NCBI GenBank assembly: GCA_964627505.1
Contig: CAZVKB010000006.1
Location: forward strand, 1 to 54,099
Length of the DNA: 54,099 nt
From: an uncultured Actinomycetes bacterium
Lineage (GTDB): Bacteria > Actinomycetota > Actinomycetes > S36-B12 > UBA10799
Direction of reading: 5' to 3'
Below the pieces are notes generated by a model. That model was not told the origin of the DNA and searched no databases. It saw only the letters and a program-made list of their open reading frames with translations. Of this stretch, positions 29,846 to 38,373 are shown in pieces. Made by a program: the position numbers and the translations under genes. Numbering within the stretch: position 1 is the stretch's first letter; each line of letters begins with the position of its first letter.

Positions 29846-30051
29846 GGTGACCTCCGTTGGGTATTGCCACCGCGCGCCCGCAGTTCTACTCCGGACTCTG
29901 CGAGCACTCGATGGACGAAACCGTAGGATCGGCCTGAGTCCTCAGCAATCGCCCGAATGCTGTGTCCAGCTGAATATTTGGCGACGTATGATTCCGCAAG
30001 CGCGTTCCTCTCGTCGCCCACAATACGCCGACCGCGATCTTGGTTGTCCAT
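29842..30051 (-). CDS. Small helix-turn-helix protein (actinobacterial)
   Basis: KYSAGHSIRAIAEDSGRSYGFVHRVLAESGVELRARGG. GGAGGAG RBS. Confidence 0.88.
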   Translation of the reverse strand: MDNQDRGRRIVGDERNALAESYVAKYSAGHSIRAIAEDSGRSYGFVHRVLAESGVELRARGGNTQRRSP

Positions 30052-30323
30052 GTGCTCCTCCGCCGATTCTTCCAGCGACCCCCCTGCGGGCCACAATGTG
30101 TCATTCAGCCCCCCACGGGCTGCCTGTTAACCGCTTGCACCTGCACTATACCCAGGTCAGGTGCTTTTGAAACTTCAATATTCTCGCTAGTTTGCTGCTA
30201 TTTCCGCTCATGGCCGCAATTTGTCGCAGTCAACTCTGATGACGGCCTGTCTGACCGGCTCCGGAGCCAGCCTCATCACATGTGCATTTGCTGTCACCCC
30301 GCGAAAACTCCAACTACCGGCAC

Positions 30324-30837
30324 TCACAGGCTCGTCGCGGTAGCCGCCGGAGCCCCGACCAGCATTGCCTGGCGTCCCAACGCACACGTAATGGCACCCA
30401 CATAGCCATGTGGGTCGTCGGCGTTGTTCGTGATGTGGCGGGGTTTTGGCCGCACGCCGATCTTTGGATAGTTGGGCATGACATCGCCGTAATCCAACAC
30501 GCAGCGGTAGTGAGGGCTGAGCAGCAATCGGCATGGCCTCTGCAATGCACAATCGGATCGCCATTAATTGGCTACGTAGTCACCGCCAATCCCATCCCAC
30601 AACGTGTTGTTATCTAGCAGGCCTCCTCACAAATTTCCGGCTCTAGCGTAGGCGGCGAACGATACGTCCGCACGAAACGTGGCTGGAACTGTCAGCACCG
30701 ACTCGCAGTTCACGTCATGCGCGACATTCACGCTGACATCGGTGCCGGGCTGCCTGCTGGCGGTCACGGGCACAGCACCCAAGCCCGCGATCAGCAGACT
30801 CAGCACCACAAGTAGGAAAGTTAACGAATTTCAGCAT
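30324..30837 (-). pseudogene. Degraded remnant of a secreted protein gene
   Basis: Signal-peptide-like MLKFVN/FLLVVLSLLIAGLGAVPVTA is split by a frameshift. Fragments DNNTLWDGIGG..N/NGDPIV and MPNYPKIGV...GAITCALGRQAMLVG are separated by stops or frameshifts. The region looks lower in GC. Confidence 0.55.
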
Positions 30838-30898
30838 GGGAGCAGCGAGACATCCGCATGCCACACCAGACCCGCAAGGCGGACGGTAGCCTGACCAC

Positions 30899-31450
30899 AT
30901 GGCCGTTCACTCTTCGCAAGTTCCGCTGGGCACCGCATTGCCCGATCAGACACTGCCCGACCTCAACGATCAACTCCACAACACGCTGGAACTGCGTGGA
31001 GCAGGCGTGTTGGTGGTGGTGTTCAGTTGCAACCACTGCCCGTATGTGCAGCATATCGAGGCCGCATTGGGCCAGCTCGCGGCTGACTATGCCGAGGCTG
31101 CGGTAACTTTCGTCGCCATTTGCAGCAACGATGTCACTACTCATCCCGACGATGACATCCCCGGTCTCACCGAGCAGGCACAGCGGGCCGGGTGGCAGTT
31201 TCCGTATCTCATCGACACCGACCAGTTCGTCGCTAAGGAATTTGGGGCGGTCTGCACACCGGATTTCTTCGTGTATGACATCAACGGAAAACTTGGGTAT
31301 CGGGGTGCGTTCGACGATTCTTCCCCCGGCAACGGCAAGCCGGTGACGGGTGCGGACTTACGCGCGGCGCTGGACTTGCTGCTCGCAGCCGCCCCGGTGC
31401 CGGAACCACAGCGTCCCAGCATGGGCTGCTCAATCAAGTGGCGCCAATAG
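30899..31450 (+). CDS. Thioredoxin-fold AhpC/TSA (redoxin) family protein
   Basis: CNHCPYV, ICSND..HPDD, FPYLID..Q.VAKEFGAVCTPDFF, SMGCSIKW. Confidence 0.9.
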   Translation: MAVHSSQVPLGTALPDQTLPDLNDQLHNTLELRGAGVLVVVFSCNHCPYVQHIEAALGQLAADYAEAAVTFVAICSNDVTTHPDDDIPGLTEQAQRAGWQFPYLIDTDQFVAKEFGAVCTPDFFVYDINGKLGYRGAFDDSSPGNGKPVTGADLRAALDLLLAAAPVPEPQRPSMGCSIKWRQ

Positions 31451-31495
31451 CTCCCAAGGCGCAGTATTCTGCGGCGTCCGCGATACGGTGCGAGG

Positions 31496-32482
31496 GTGCA
31501 AAAACGATCATGTGATGTGCTGATCATTGGCGCTGGCCCCACCGGCTTGTATGGCGCCTACTACGCGGGGTTTCGGGAGTTCGACACCGTCGTGCTCGAT
31601 GCACTCCCCGAGCCGGGTGGACAGATCACAGCGATGTACCCCGAGAAGGACATATTTGATGTGGGGGGCTTTCCGGTGATCAAAGGACGCGATTTGGTCG
31701 CGAATCTGCTTGAGCAGGCTGCGGTCGGAAATCCCGAGTACATTCTGGGCGAACAGGCCACCGGGTTGACCACCAGCGAAGCCGGGCCGGCTGTTGTCAC
31801 CACCTCGACCGGGCGAAAGATCGAGGCCAAAGCGGTGATCCTCACCGGTGGCATTGGGGCATTTCGCCCACGCGCTATACCGGTGGGCACCGAGTGGATA
31901 GGTCGCGGAGCGGAATACTTCGTACCGCGGCTCGCCGATTACACCGATCGGGACGTGTTGATCGTTGGTGGCGGGGATTCCGCATTCGACTGGGCCTGGT
32001 CGCTGCATCCTTATGCGCGTTCGATCGCAATCGTGCACCGGCGCGAAGAGTTCCGGGCGCACGCGGGCATGGTTGCCAAGGTGCGCGATCTCGGCGTGCG
32101 CTTTTTCACTCCCTGCGAACTTGCGGCGGTGCGCGGTGAGGACCGTGTAGCTGAGGTAGATGTGGTCAATCGCACCACGGGCGAAACCAGCACAATCGGC
32201 ACCGATGCCATAGTCGCGGCCTTGGGATTCATTGCCAACATTGGCCCCATCGCGGATTGGGGCATGCAACTCTACAAGCGTCGCGTGGTGGTGGACCCCA
32301 CCATGAACACCACCGTTCCCCGGGTACTGGCCGCCGGTGACATCGTCACCTACCCGGGCAAAGTGCCTTTGATATCAGTGGGTTTCGGCGAGGTCGCCAC
32401 AGCGGTGAACAACGCAGCGCCGCTGATCGGCCCCGAATACGGCGTCTTCCCAGGTCACTCGTCTGGCGCTGCCGCGGAATGA
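31496..32482 (+). CDS. TrxB-like ferredoxin--NADP+ reductase (YumC type)
   Basis: GAGPTG, GGQITAMYPEKDIFDVGGF, GGGDSAFDWA, HRR, GD..TYPGK..LI..GFGE, PGHSS. No CxxC. Confidence 0.88.
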   Translation: MQKRSCDVLIIGAGPTGLYGAYYAGFREFDTVVLDALPEPGGQITAMYPEKDIFDVGGFPVIKGRDLVANLLEQAAVGNPEYILGEQATGLTTSEAGPAVVTTSTGRKIEAKAVILTGGIGAFRPRAIPVGTEWIGRGAEYFVPRLADYTDRDVLIVGGGDSAFDWAWSLHPYARSIAIVHRREEFRAHAGMVAKVRDLGVRFFTPCELAAVRGEDRVAEVDVVNRTTGETSTIGTDAIVAALGFIANIGPIADWGMQLYKRRVVVDPTMNTTVPRVLAAGDIVTYPGKVPLISVGFGEVATAVNNAAPLIGPEYGVFPGHSSGAAAE

Positions 32483-32539
32483 CGCCCAGGTGCGTGGGGG
32501 ATGCCGCAGGCAGATCAGCCAACTGCTTAGGTTAGGGCT

Positions 32540-33067
32540 ATGAGCACACAACTCAATCCCGGATTCCCGTTCGATGCTTTTCGCGACGTCCTTGCCGACA
32601 ACCAGAAATTCGTGCACGACTACCACGCGTCAGATCGCACCGGACGTGCAGCCCGCGGTTTGGCCATCGTCACCTGCATGGATTCACGGGTAGTGCCGAT
32701 GGAAGCTGTGGGCATGTCAATCGGGGACGCCAAGATCATTCGCAATGCCGGCGCTCGAGTCACGCAAGACGTGCTGCGCACACTCTCCCTGGCGTGTTAT
32801 CTGCTGGGCGTCAACCGAATTTTGATCATGCCGCACACCGATTGCCGAATGGCCAAGGGCGAAGAAGAAGCCGTCCACCAGGAGATTTTCAACCAGTACG
32901 GGATCGACACGTGGAGTATGGAGTTTGCCACCACCACTGATCAACTCGGAACATTGCGGACAGATGTGATGCGCGCACGGGCGAACCCATTTCTGCCGGC
33001 GGATGTTTCAGTGGGTGGAGCAATCTACGACGTGGCCACCGGGCAGATCATTCCTCAGGACCTGTAG
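32540..33067 (+). CDS. Beta-class carbonic anhydrase
   Basis: TCMDSR, RNAG, HTDC zinc ligands, YDVATG. Confidence 0.92.
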   Translation: MSTQLNPGFPFDAFRDVLADNQKFVHDYHASDRTGRAARGLAIVTCMDSRVVPMEAVGMSIGDAKIIRNAGARVTQDVLRTLSLACYLLGVNRILIMPHTDCRMAKGEEEAVHQEIFNQYGIDTWSMEFATTTDQLGTLRTDVMRARANPFLPADVSVGGAIYDVATGQIIPQDL

Positions 33068-33094
33068 GGGCGCAACGACTGCGGGATTAGTCCC

Positions 33095-35188
33095 TCACGC
33101 ATCCACCCGGGCGATGTCGAGTTCGCTGGCACCGTTGACAATGAAGTCCTTGCGCGGCGCCACCTCGCTGCCCATGAGCAGGTCGAACACCTCAGCAGCG
33201 CCCGCCGCGTCCGCCACGGTCATGCGTCGCAACAGGCGCTTGCTGGGATCCATCGTGGTCTCCCGCAACTGCTTGGCATCCATCTCCCCCAAACCTTTGT
33301 AGCGCTGGATGGGATCTTTGACCCGGATGTTGCGCCGCTGGGCGTCTGCGAGCACACGCTTCATCTCGTCATCACTGTAGGTGTAGATCACTTCAGTGCC
33401 TTTGCGTCCAGGGTGCACAAGTTCCACTCGGTGCAGTGGCGGCACCGCGGCGTACACCAGTCCTTCCTCCAGCAACGGACGCATGTAGCGGTGGAACAGC
33501 GTGAGCAGCAGGCAGCGGATGTGGGCGCCATCCACATCGGCATCCGTCATGAGAATGATCTTGCCGTAGCGCACCGCATCAAGTTCAAACGTTCGACCCG
33601 AACCGGCGCCGATCACCTGGATAATTGCGGCACATTCGGCGTTCTTGAGCATGTCGGCCATCGAGGCCTTCTGCACATTGAGGATCTTGCCGCGAATCGG
33701 CAGCAACGCTTGAAATTCGCTGTTGCGGGCCAGTTTGGCGGTGCCCAGGGCACTGTCGCCTTCCACGATGAAGACTTCGGAACGCTCCGCAGTCTTGCTG
33801 CGACAGTCGGCGAGTTTGGCCGGCAGCGAGGATGATTCCAGCGCGTTCTTGCGACGTTGGGTGTCACGGCTGGTGCGGGCGGCGATGCGCGCCCGGGCAG
33901 CGTTGGCGATCTTTTCCAATGCCTGCTTGGCGAAAGCCTTCTGGCCATGCGGAGGAGTCTCGAACCAGGCTGTGAGTTGCTTGTTGACCACATGCGACAC
34001 GATCCGCGAGGCAGCCGGGGTCCCAAGCACTTCTTTGGTCTGGCCTTCGAATTGTGGTTCCGGTACCCGCACCGTCACCACAGCTGTCAAACCTTCGTAC
34101 ACGTCGTCTTTGGTGACGTTGTCTTCGCTGACGCGCAGAACTTTACCCGCGCGCAGGGCATCGTTGACGGCCTTGACCAGGGCGCGATCGAATCCCGCCA
34201 AGTGGGTGCCACCCTTGGGGGTAGCGATGATGTTGACGAATGAGACCACCTGGGAGTCATAGTCGTTGCTCCAGCGCAATGCGATATCGACGCCGAGCTC
34301 GCGCTCGACTTCCTTGGCTGACAGGTGACCCTTGTCGTCCAATACCGGCACCGTCTCGTGGAAATGCCCGAGACCAGTCAGGCGGATCACCGAGGTCACG
34401 GGCTCCCCCGCAGTGAGGTAGTCCACAAATTCGGCGATCCCACCTTTGAAGCGAAACGTCTCTTCCACCTGGTCTTGCGAATCGCGCTCGTCGCGGATGG
34501 TGATGGCCAGCCCCGGCACGAGGAACGCAGTTTGCCGGGCTCGGGCCACCAGGGAATTCCAGTCAAAATCCGCATCGGGGGTAAACACTTGCCGATCCGG
34601 CCAGAATCGGACTCTGGTGCCGGTCCGGGAAGTTGGCACCTTCTCCGTCTGCCGCAGACCGGACTTGCGGGTGAAGGAATCCTGCGGCGTGGGACCGTCA
34701 AACACCCCCGGCACCCCGCGTCGGAACGACATTTCGTGGGTGCGCCCTGCGCGATCCACCTCCACGTCCAAGCGCGCACTCAGAGCGTTCACCACGCTCG
34801 CCCCCACCCCATGCAGACCGCCGGAGGCGGTGTAAGAGGCGCCGCCGAACTTGCCGCCGGCGTGCAGTTTGGTCATCACGAGTTGCACCCCGGAGAGCCG
34901 GGACTTGGGATCGATGTCGACTGGGATCCCGCGGCCGTTGTCGGCAACTGCAGCTGAACCGTCTGGCAGCAGGGACACCACGATCTTCGATCCGTGGCCC
35001 GCAAGGGCTTCATCAACGGCGTTGTCGATGATTTCCCACAGGCAGTGCATGAGTCCACGGGCATCGGTTGATCCGATGTACATGCCGGGCCGTTTGCGGA
35101 CTGCATCGAGACCCTCAAGCACAGTGAGGTCTTTAGCCGAGTACCGCGGTTTGGCGCCACCGGGCGGGGTTTTGGCTTTTGCGGGCAT
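33095..35188 (-). CDS. parE: Type IIA topoisomerase B subunit (actinobacterial topo IV ParE)
   Basis: LEGLDAVRKRPGMYIG, EIIDNAVDE, SGGLHGVGASVV, VEGDSA, PIRGKILN, DADVDG, QRYKGLGEM. Its position near the principal sigma gene, away from gyrA/dnaA, favours ParE over GyrB. Confidence 0.88.
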   Translation of the reverse strand: MPAKAKTPPGGAKPRYSAKDLTVLEGLDAVRKRPGMYIGSTDARGLMHCLWEIIDNAVDEALAGHGSKIVVSLLPDGSAAVADNGRGIPVDIDPKSRLSGVQLVMTKLHAGGKFGGASYTASGGLHGVGASVVNALSARLDVEVDRAGRTHEMSFRRGVPGVFDGPTPQDSFTRKSGLRQTEKVPTSRTGTRVRFWPDRQVFTPDADFDWNSLVARARQTAFLVPGLAITIRDERDSQDQVEETFRFKGGIAEFVDYLTAGEPVTSVIRLTGLGHFHETVPVLDDKGHLSAKEVERELGVDIALRWSNDYDSQVVSFVNIIATPKGGTHLAGFDRALVKAVNDALRAGKVLRVSEDNVTKDDVYEGLTAVVTVRVPEPQFEGQTKEVLGTPAASRIVSHVVNKQLTAWFETPPHGQKAFAKQALEKIANAARARIAARTSRDTQRRKNALESSSLPAKLADCRSKTAERSEVFIVEGDSALGTAKLARNSEFQALLPIRGKILNVQKASMADMLKNAECAAIIQVIGAGSGRTFELDAVRYGKIILMTDADVDGAHIRCLLLTLFHRYMRPLLEEGLVYAAVPPLHRVELVHPGRKGTEVIYTYSDDEMKRVLADAQRRNIRVKDPIQRYKGLGEMDAKQLRETTMDPSKRLLRRMTVADAAGAAEVFDLLMGSEVAPRKDFIVNGASELDIARVDA

Positions 35189-35374
35189 CCCACGACTCTA
35201 TTGCGCTGGTCCTATGCCGCTGTTGCGCAGGCGCCCGAGTCGGCGAAACTTGTGAGTCATAGCGGGGAAATCTGCGGTACTACGCTGAGGGCGAAACGCG
35301 CGGGGTACGGGAAATGTCCCAGGCATGTGAGACTGTTGGCGTACTAGCACTGCACCTACGTCCCGGAGGTACTC

Positions 35375-35587
35375 ATGTCGACACTCACTCAGCCGGCTCC
35401 TTTGACCGCCTCCGACCGCTGCGATCGTTGTGGCGCTCAGGCCTACGTCCAAGTCGTTCTCACCTCGGGTGGGGATCTGCTGTTCTGCGGACACCACGCT
35501 CGCAAGCACCTCGAGCAACTGCGACCCTTGGCAACTGAGATTCACGACTTCACTCACGCGATCGACGAATCTTCCGCACCAGTGTGA
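35375..35587 (+). CDS. Small conserved actinobacterial Cys/His zinc-finger-like protein
   Basis: LTASDRCDRCGAQAYV...LLFCGHH. GGAGG RBS. Divergent from parE. Confidence 0.85.
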   Translation: MSTLTQPAPLTASDRCDRCGAQAYVQVVLTSGGDLLFCGHHARKHLEQLRPLATEIHDFTHAIDESSAPV

Positions 35588-36072
35588 ACCTGGAAGTCCT
35601 TGATGTCGTAGTTGCCGTCGTCTGCTTGATCGGCATTCTCGGCACGATCCTGCCGGTCCTACCCGGCACTTTTCTAGTCGCCGGTGCTGTGGTGGTGTGG
35701 GGCGTCGTCACCGGTGGGACCGCCGGTTGGGGGGCGGTGATCGCTGCCGTGGTGCTGTTGGCTTTGGCCACAGGCTTGAAGTACCTAATCCCGGCCAAGT
35801 GGATGCGCGATGGCGGTGTTGGTACATGGGTGCTGCTCGCCGGCGGTGCGCTAGGCATTGTCGGTTTCTTCGTGATTCCCGTGGTCGGGGTGATCATCGG
35901 TTTTGTGCTCGGCGTCTACCTCGCGGAACTCATCCGACTCAAAAACCTCCGGCAAGCCTGGCCCACTACCGTGACCGCGATGAAGGCCGCCGGCCTATCG
36001 ACGCTGATCGAATTCACGGTCGCCGTGTTACTCACCGTGGGTTGGTTCGTGCTTGCCCTGCGCATCGGCTAG
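35584..36072 (+). CDS. DUF456 family membrane protein
   Basis: PVLPG, GFFVIPVVGVIIGFVLGVYLAE. GTGA overlap. Confidence 0.88.
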   Translation: MNLEVLDVVVAVVCLIGILGTILPVLPGTFLVAGAVVVWGVVTGGTAGWGAVIAAVVLLALATGLKYLIPAKWMRDGGVGTWVLLAGGALGIVGFFVIPVVGVIIGFVLGVYLAELIRLKNLRQAWPTTVTAMKAAGLSTLIEFTVAVLLTVGWFVLALRIG

Positions 36073-38373
36073 CGCATTTGCGTCGGCTGAACTCGCGCTG
36101 GCTGCTGCCGCTTTGGCCGCAGCGTCGCCCAGGGCGGGGTTGGAAATCCGGCGGTAGGCGATCACCAGCAGCGCGGCCAGGACGAGCACCACTGCGGCAA
36201 CGGCACCCCAGTTGATGCCCGACTTCACCACCGGCGGGGTCAATGTGGAGACATAAGCCGCCCGTCCTTGCGCACCCTCTGGCGGACCGAAGGGCATCGC
36301 CGCTGCCAATCGCTGATCCGTGGCCTGCAAATATGCCGCAGCGAACGCTGGCTCGCCCGAGGCTTGCACCAACTGCTGATACAGCACCGACGTCCCTTCG
36401 AGTTGAAGTCGCACAGCACCGTCGGCGATAGTGGCCGAACCCGCCGCTGCGGCTTCCGTACCCGCAGCCACCCCAGCCGCACCATCCGCCGCCCCTGCCA
36501 CCCCGTCCGCCAACGCCTGCGCCCCGGCCGACAACTGATCGGACCCGGCTGCCAAAGCTCCGGACCCCCCTGTTAAAGCCTGGGATCCAGCGGCAGCTGC
36601 ATTTGCCCCGGTCGCAAGCTGGGTCAAGGCCAACGAGACACTGGCGACCGCGTCCCCGAGCAAGATGAGTCCTTCGTACACCCCGGGGTCTGTGGGGGAA
36701 CCGCTCAGCAGCGACGAGTTGACCGTCGCCAATCCCTGCTGCATTGCTTGCATCGCCGTGACAAGCTTTTCGCCAATCACAGCGGCTGCAGCGATGTCAG
36801 TCAACGCACCAATCGCCTCTTCGACGTAGCCACCGATCGTGATGGCAATCTGTTTTACCTGTTCGCGGGCTTGGATGAGCCAATCCAACGCCGCCCGGAG
36901 CGCGGGGCATTCAGCTGGCTCGGGTGTGACGGAGCATAAGGAATTGATCGCCTGCTGAAGATCGTCGATAGCCTGATCAGCAGCCGCAGACAAAGCCTTG
37001 AGTTCCTCGATGATCGCCGGCAACTCCTGTTCGATGATCACCAACAAAGCACCCGCAGCCCGCGAGACTTCCGTGTCGAGCATCGCAGCCCCCGCCTCGG
37101 ATGCCACCGCGATTTGATACAGCGTGGGCGGATTCGGCGAATCAGGGTTCAAAGGTGGATCCGCAGGCGAGCCCACCGCTGCCGCGATCTGTGCCACCGC
37201 CCCAGCCACCGATTGGATCTGAGCCCCGATCGTCGGCACCCCGGAGGTGCCGGAAAGTGCCTCGAGTCCACCCGCGACGGATCCCAGGCCAGTGCTGAGC
37301 TCACCCAATCCCCCAGTCAACGAGTCCAGACCGGCAGTGAGTTCCGAGGAACCGTCAGCCAGTTGCTCAGACCCGTCGGCGGCCGAATCCAAGCCTGCGG
37401 CAAGCTGCGCGCTGCCCGACTGCAGTTGGGTGAGCCCGGTGGTGAGCTCTGATGTGGCGCTGGCTAACTGCACTACGGCCTGGTCGACTCCTGCCACACC
37501 CGAGGTGAGCTGAGCGTTGCCGGCCACACTGGAGTCCAACAAGGTGGACACGAAGCCGGTTGTGGCATCTTCCTGTGCCGTCACCGGCACAACTTCCATC
37601 ATCAGCGCCGGCACTTGGAGATCATCTGCGGCGATCGTCAGCGTCTGCTGCTGGGTGTAATCGCCCAATGGCGGGTACAACACCAGTCGCCACTGCACCG
37701 ACGTTTCCCCCGCCGGGGTGGTTTCGACCACGCCGCCCGGTGCGGAGACCAACGTGGTTCCAGGCGGCAAGGTGGCTCGCAGCACGCCCACATAGGGGGC
37801 AAACACCGGAACGCTGCGGGTGACGCTCGTACCGTCGGACTCGGTGTAGGTGATATCCGTGAGTTCCGCAGTGGTGTTGGTCTCGGTATAGGTGACGGTG
37901 AGTTCCCCACTGCTGCGTGCCACGGTGGTGGGGTCTACTGCCTCCCCGAGTCGCTGATATTCGGCATGGAGCGCGATGGGCAGCGGTTTCCCGAAGGTTG
38001 CAGTGGTGGTGACCGATGGCACCGCGCCCCCGACCTGTACGCGCACCGATTTCGCCCCTGCTTCAGGGACACCGCGTTGCCCGACGTAGGCGATCTTGGT
38101 CGTGGACGTGGGGTTGTCCAGCGCGCGGGGTTCAGGCAGTCCCACGGCCGTCACCTGGTCGTACAAAATGGACGTTTCCGGTAGGCCGCTGGGGTCGAGG
38201 GTGGAAACCACCAACTCACTGTTGGTAATACTCGGTGCAGGCTCTTGGGCGGTGGGCGGGTTCCAACCCGAGGCCCCCGCCAGCAGTTGGGCTTGGGCAG
38301 GTGCGGCTGCCATGATGACGAGAATCACCACACTGCACACCGCCGAGCAGATTCTGGCTCGAGTCGAGGTCAT
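36028..38373 (-). CDS. Membrane-anchored X3-Leu-X2-Gly heptad-repeat protein (YhgE/Pip-like coiled coil)
   Basis: Signal peptide, beta-rich N domain, two heptad runs (QLQSGSAQLAAGL..., ALAAGSDQLSAGAQALADG...), C-terminal TM followed by RR. ATGA overlap with MMPL. Confidence 0.75.
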   Translation of the reverse strand: MTSTRARICSAVCSVVILVIMAAAPAQAQLLAGASGWNPPTAQEPAPSITNSELVVSTLDPSGLPETSILYDQVTAVGLPEPRALDNPTSTTKIAYVGQRGVPEAGAKSVRVQVGGAVPSVTTTATFGKPLPIALHAEYQRLGEAVDPTTVARSSGELTVTYTETNTTAELTDITYTESDGTSVTRSVPVFAPYVGVLRATLPPGTTLVSAPGGVVETTPAGETSVQWRLVLYPPLGDYTQQQTLTIAADDLQVPALMMEVVPVTAQEDATTGFVSTLLDSSVAGNAQLTSGVAGVDQAVVQLASATSELTTGLTQLQSGSAQLAAGLDSAADGSEQLADGSSELTAGLDSLTGGLGELSTGLGSVAGGLEALSGTSGVPTIGAQIQSVAGAVAQIAAAVGSPADPPLNPDSPNPPTLYQIAVASEAGAAMLDTEVSRAAGALLVIIEQELPAIIEELKALSAAADQAIDDLQQAINSLCSVTPEPAECPALRAALDWLIQAREQVKQIAITIGGYVEEAIGALTDIAAAAVIGEKLVTAMQAMQQGLATVNSSLLSGSPTDPGVYEGLILLGDAVASVSLALTQLATGANAAAAGSQALTGGSGALAAGSDQLSAGAQALADGVAGAADGAAGVAAGTEAAAAGSATIADGAVRLQLEGTSVLYQQLVQASGEPAFAAAYLQATDQRLAAAMPFGPPEGAQGRAAYVSTLTPPVVKSGINWGAVAAVVLVLAALLVIAYRRISNPALGDAAAKAAAASASSADANALADAQGKHEPTHGE

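Noticed and set aside
32527..32545. IdeR-like half site TTAGGTTAGG before carbonic anhydrase
   Set aside because: The second half does not match, and the sequence is explained by a leaderless -10 (TAGGTT).
33095..35188. gyrB and a nearby replication origin
   Set aside because: No gyrA/dnaA/dnaN is present and only one DnaA box was seen. The context matches ParE.
35310..35337. SigR-like GGAAA...GTT upstream of the small zinc-finger gene
   Set aside because: The spacing is 19-20 rather than 18 and the -35 is imperfect, so it is too weak to call.
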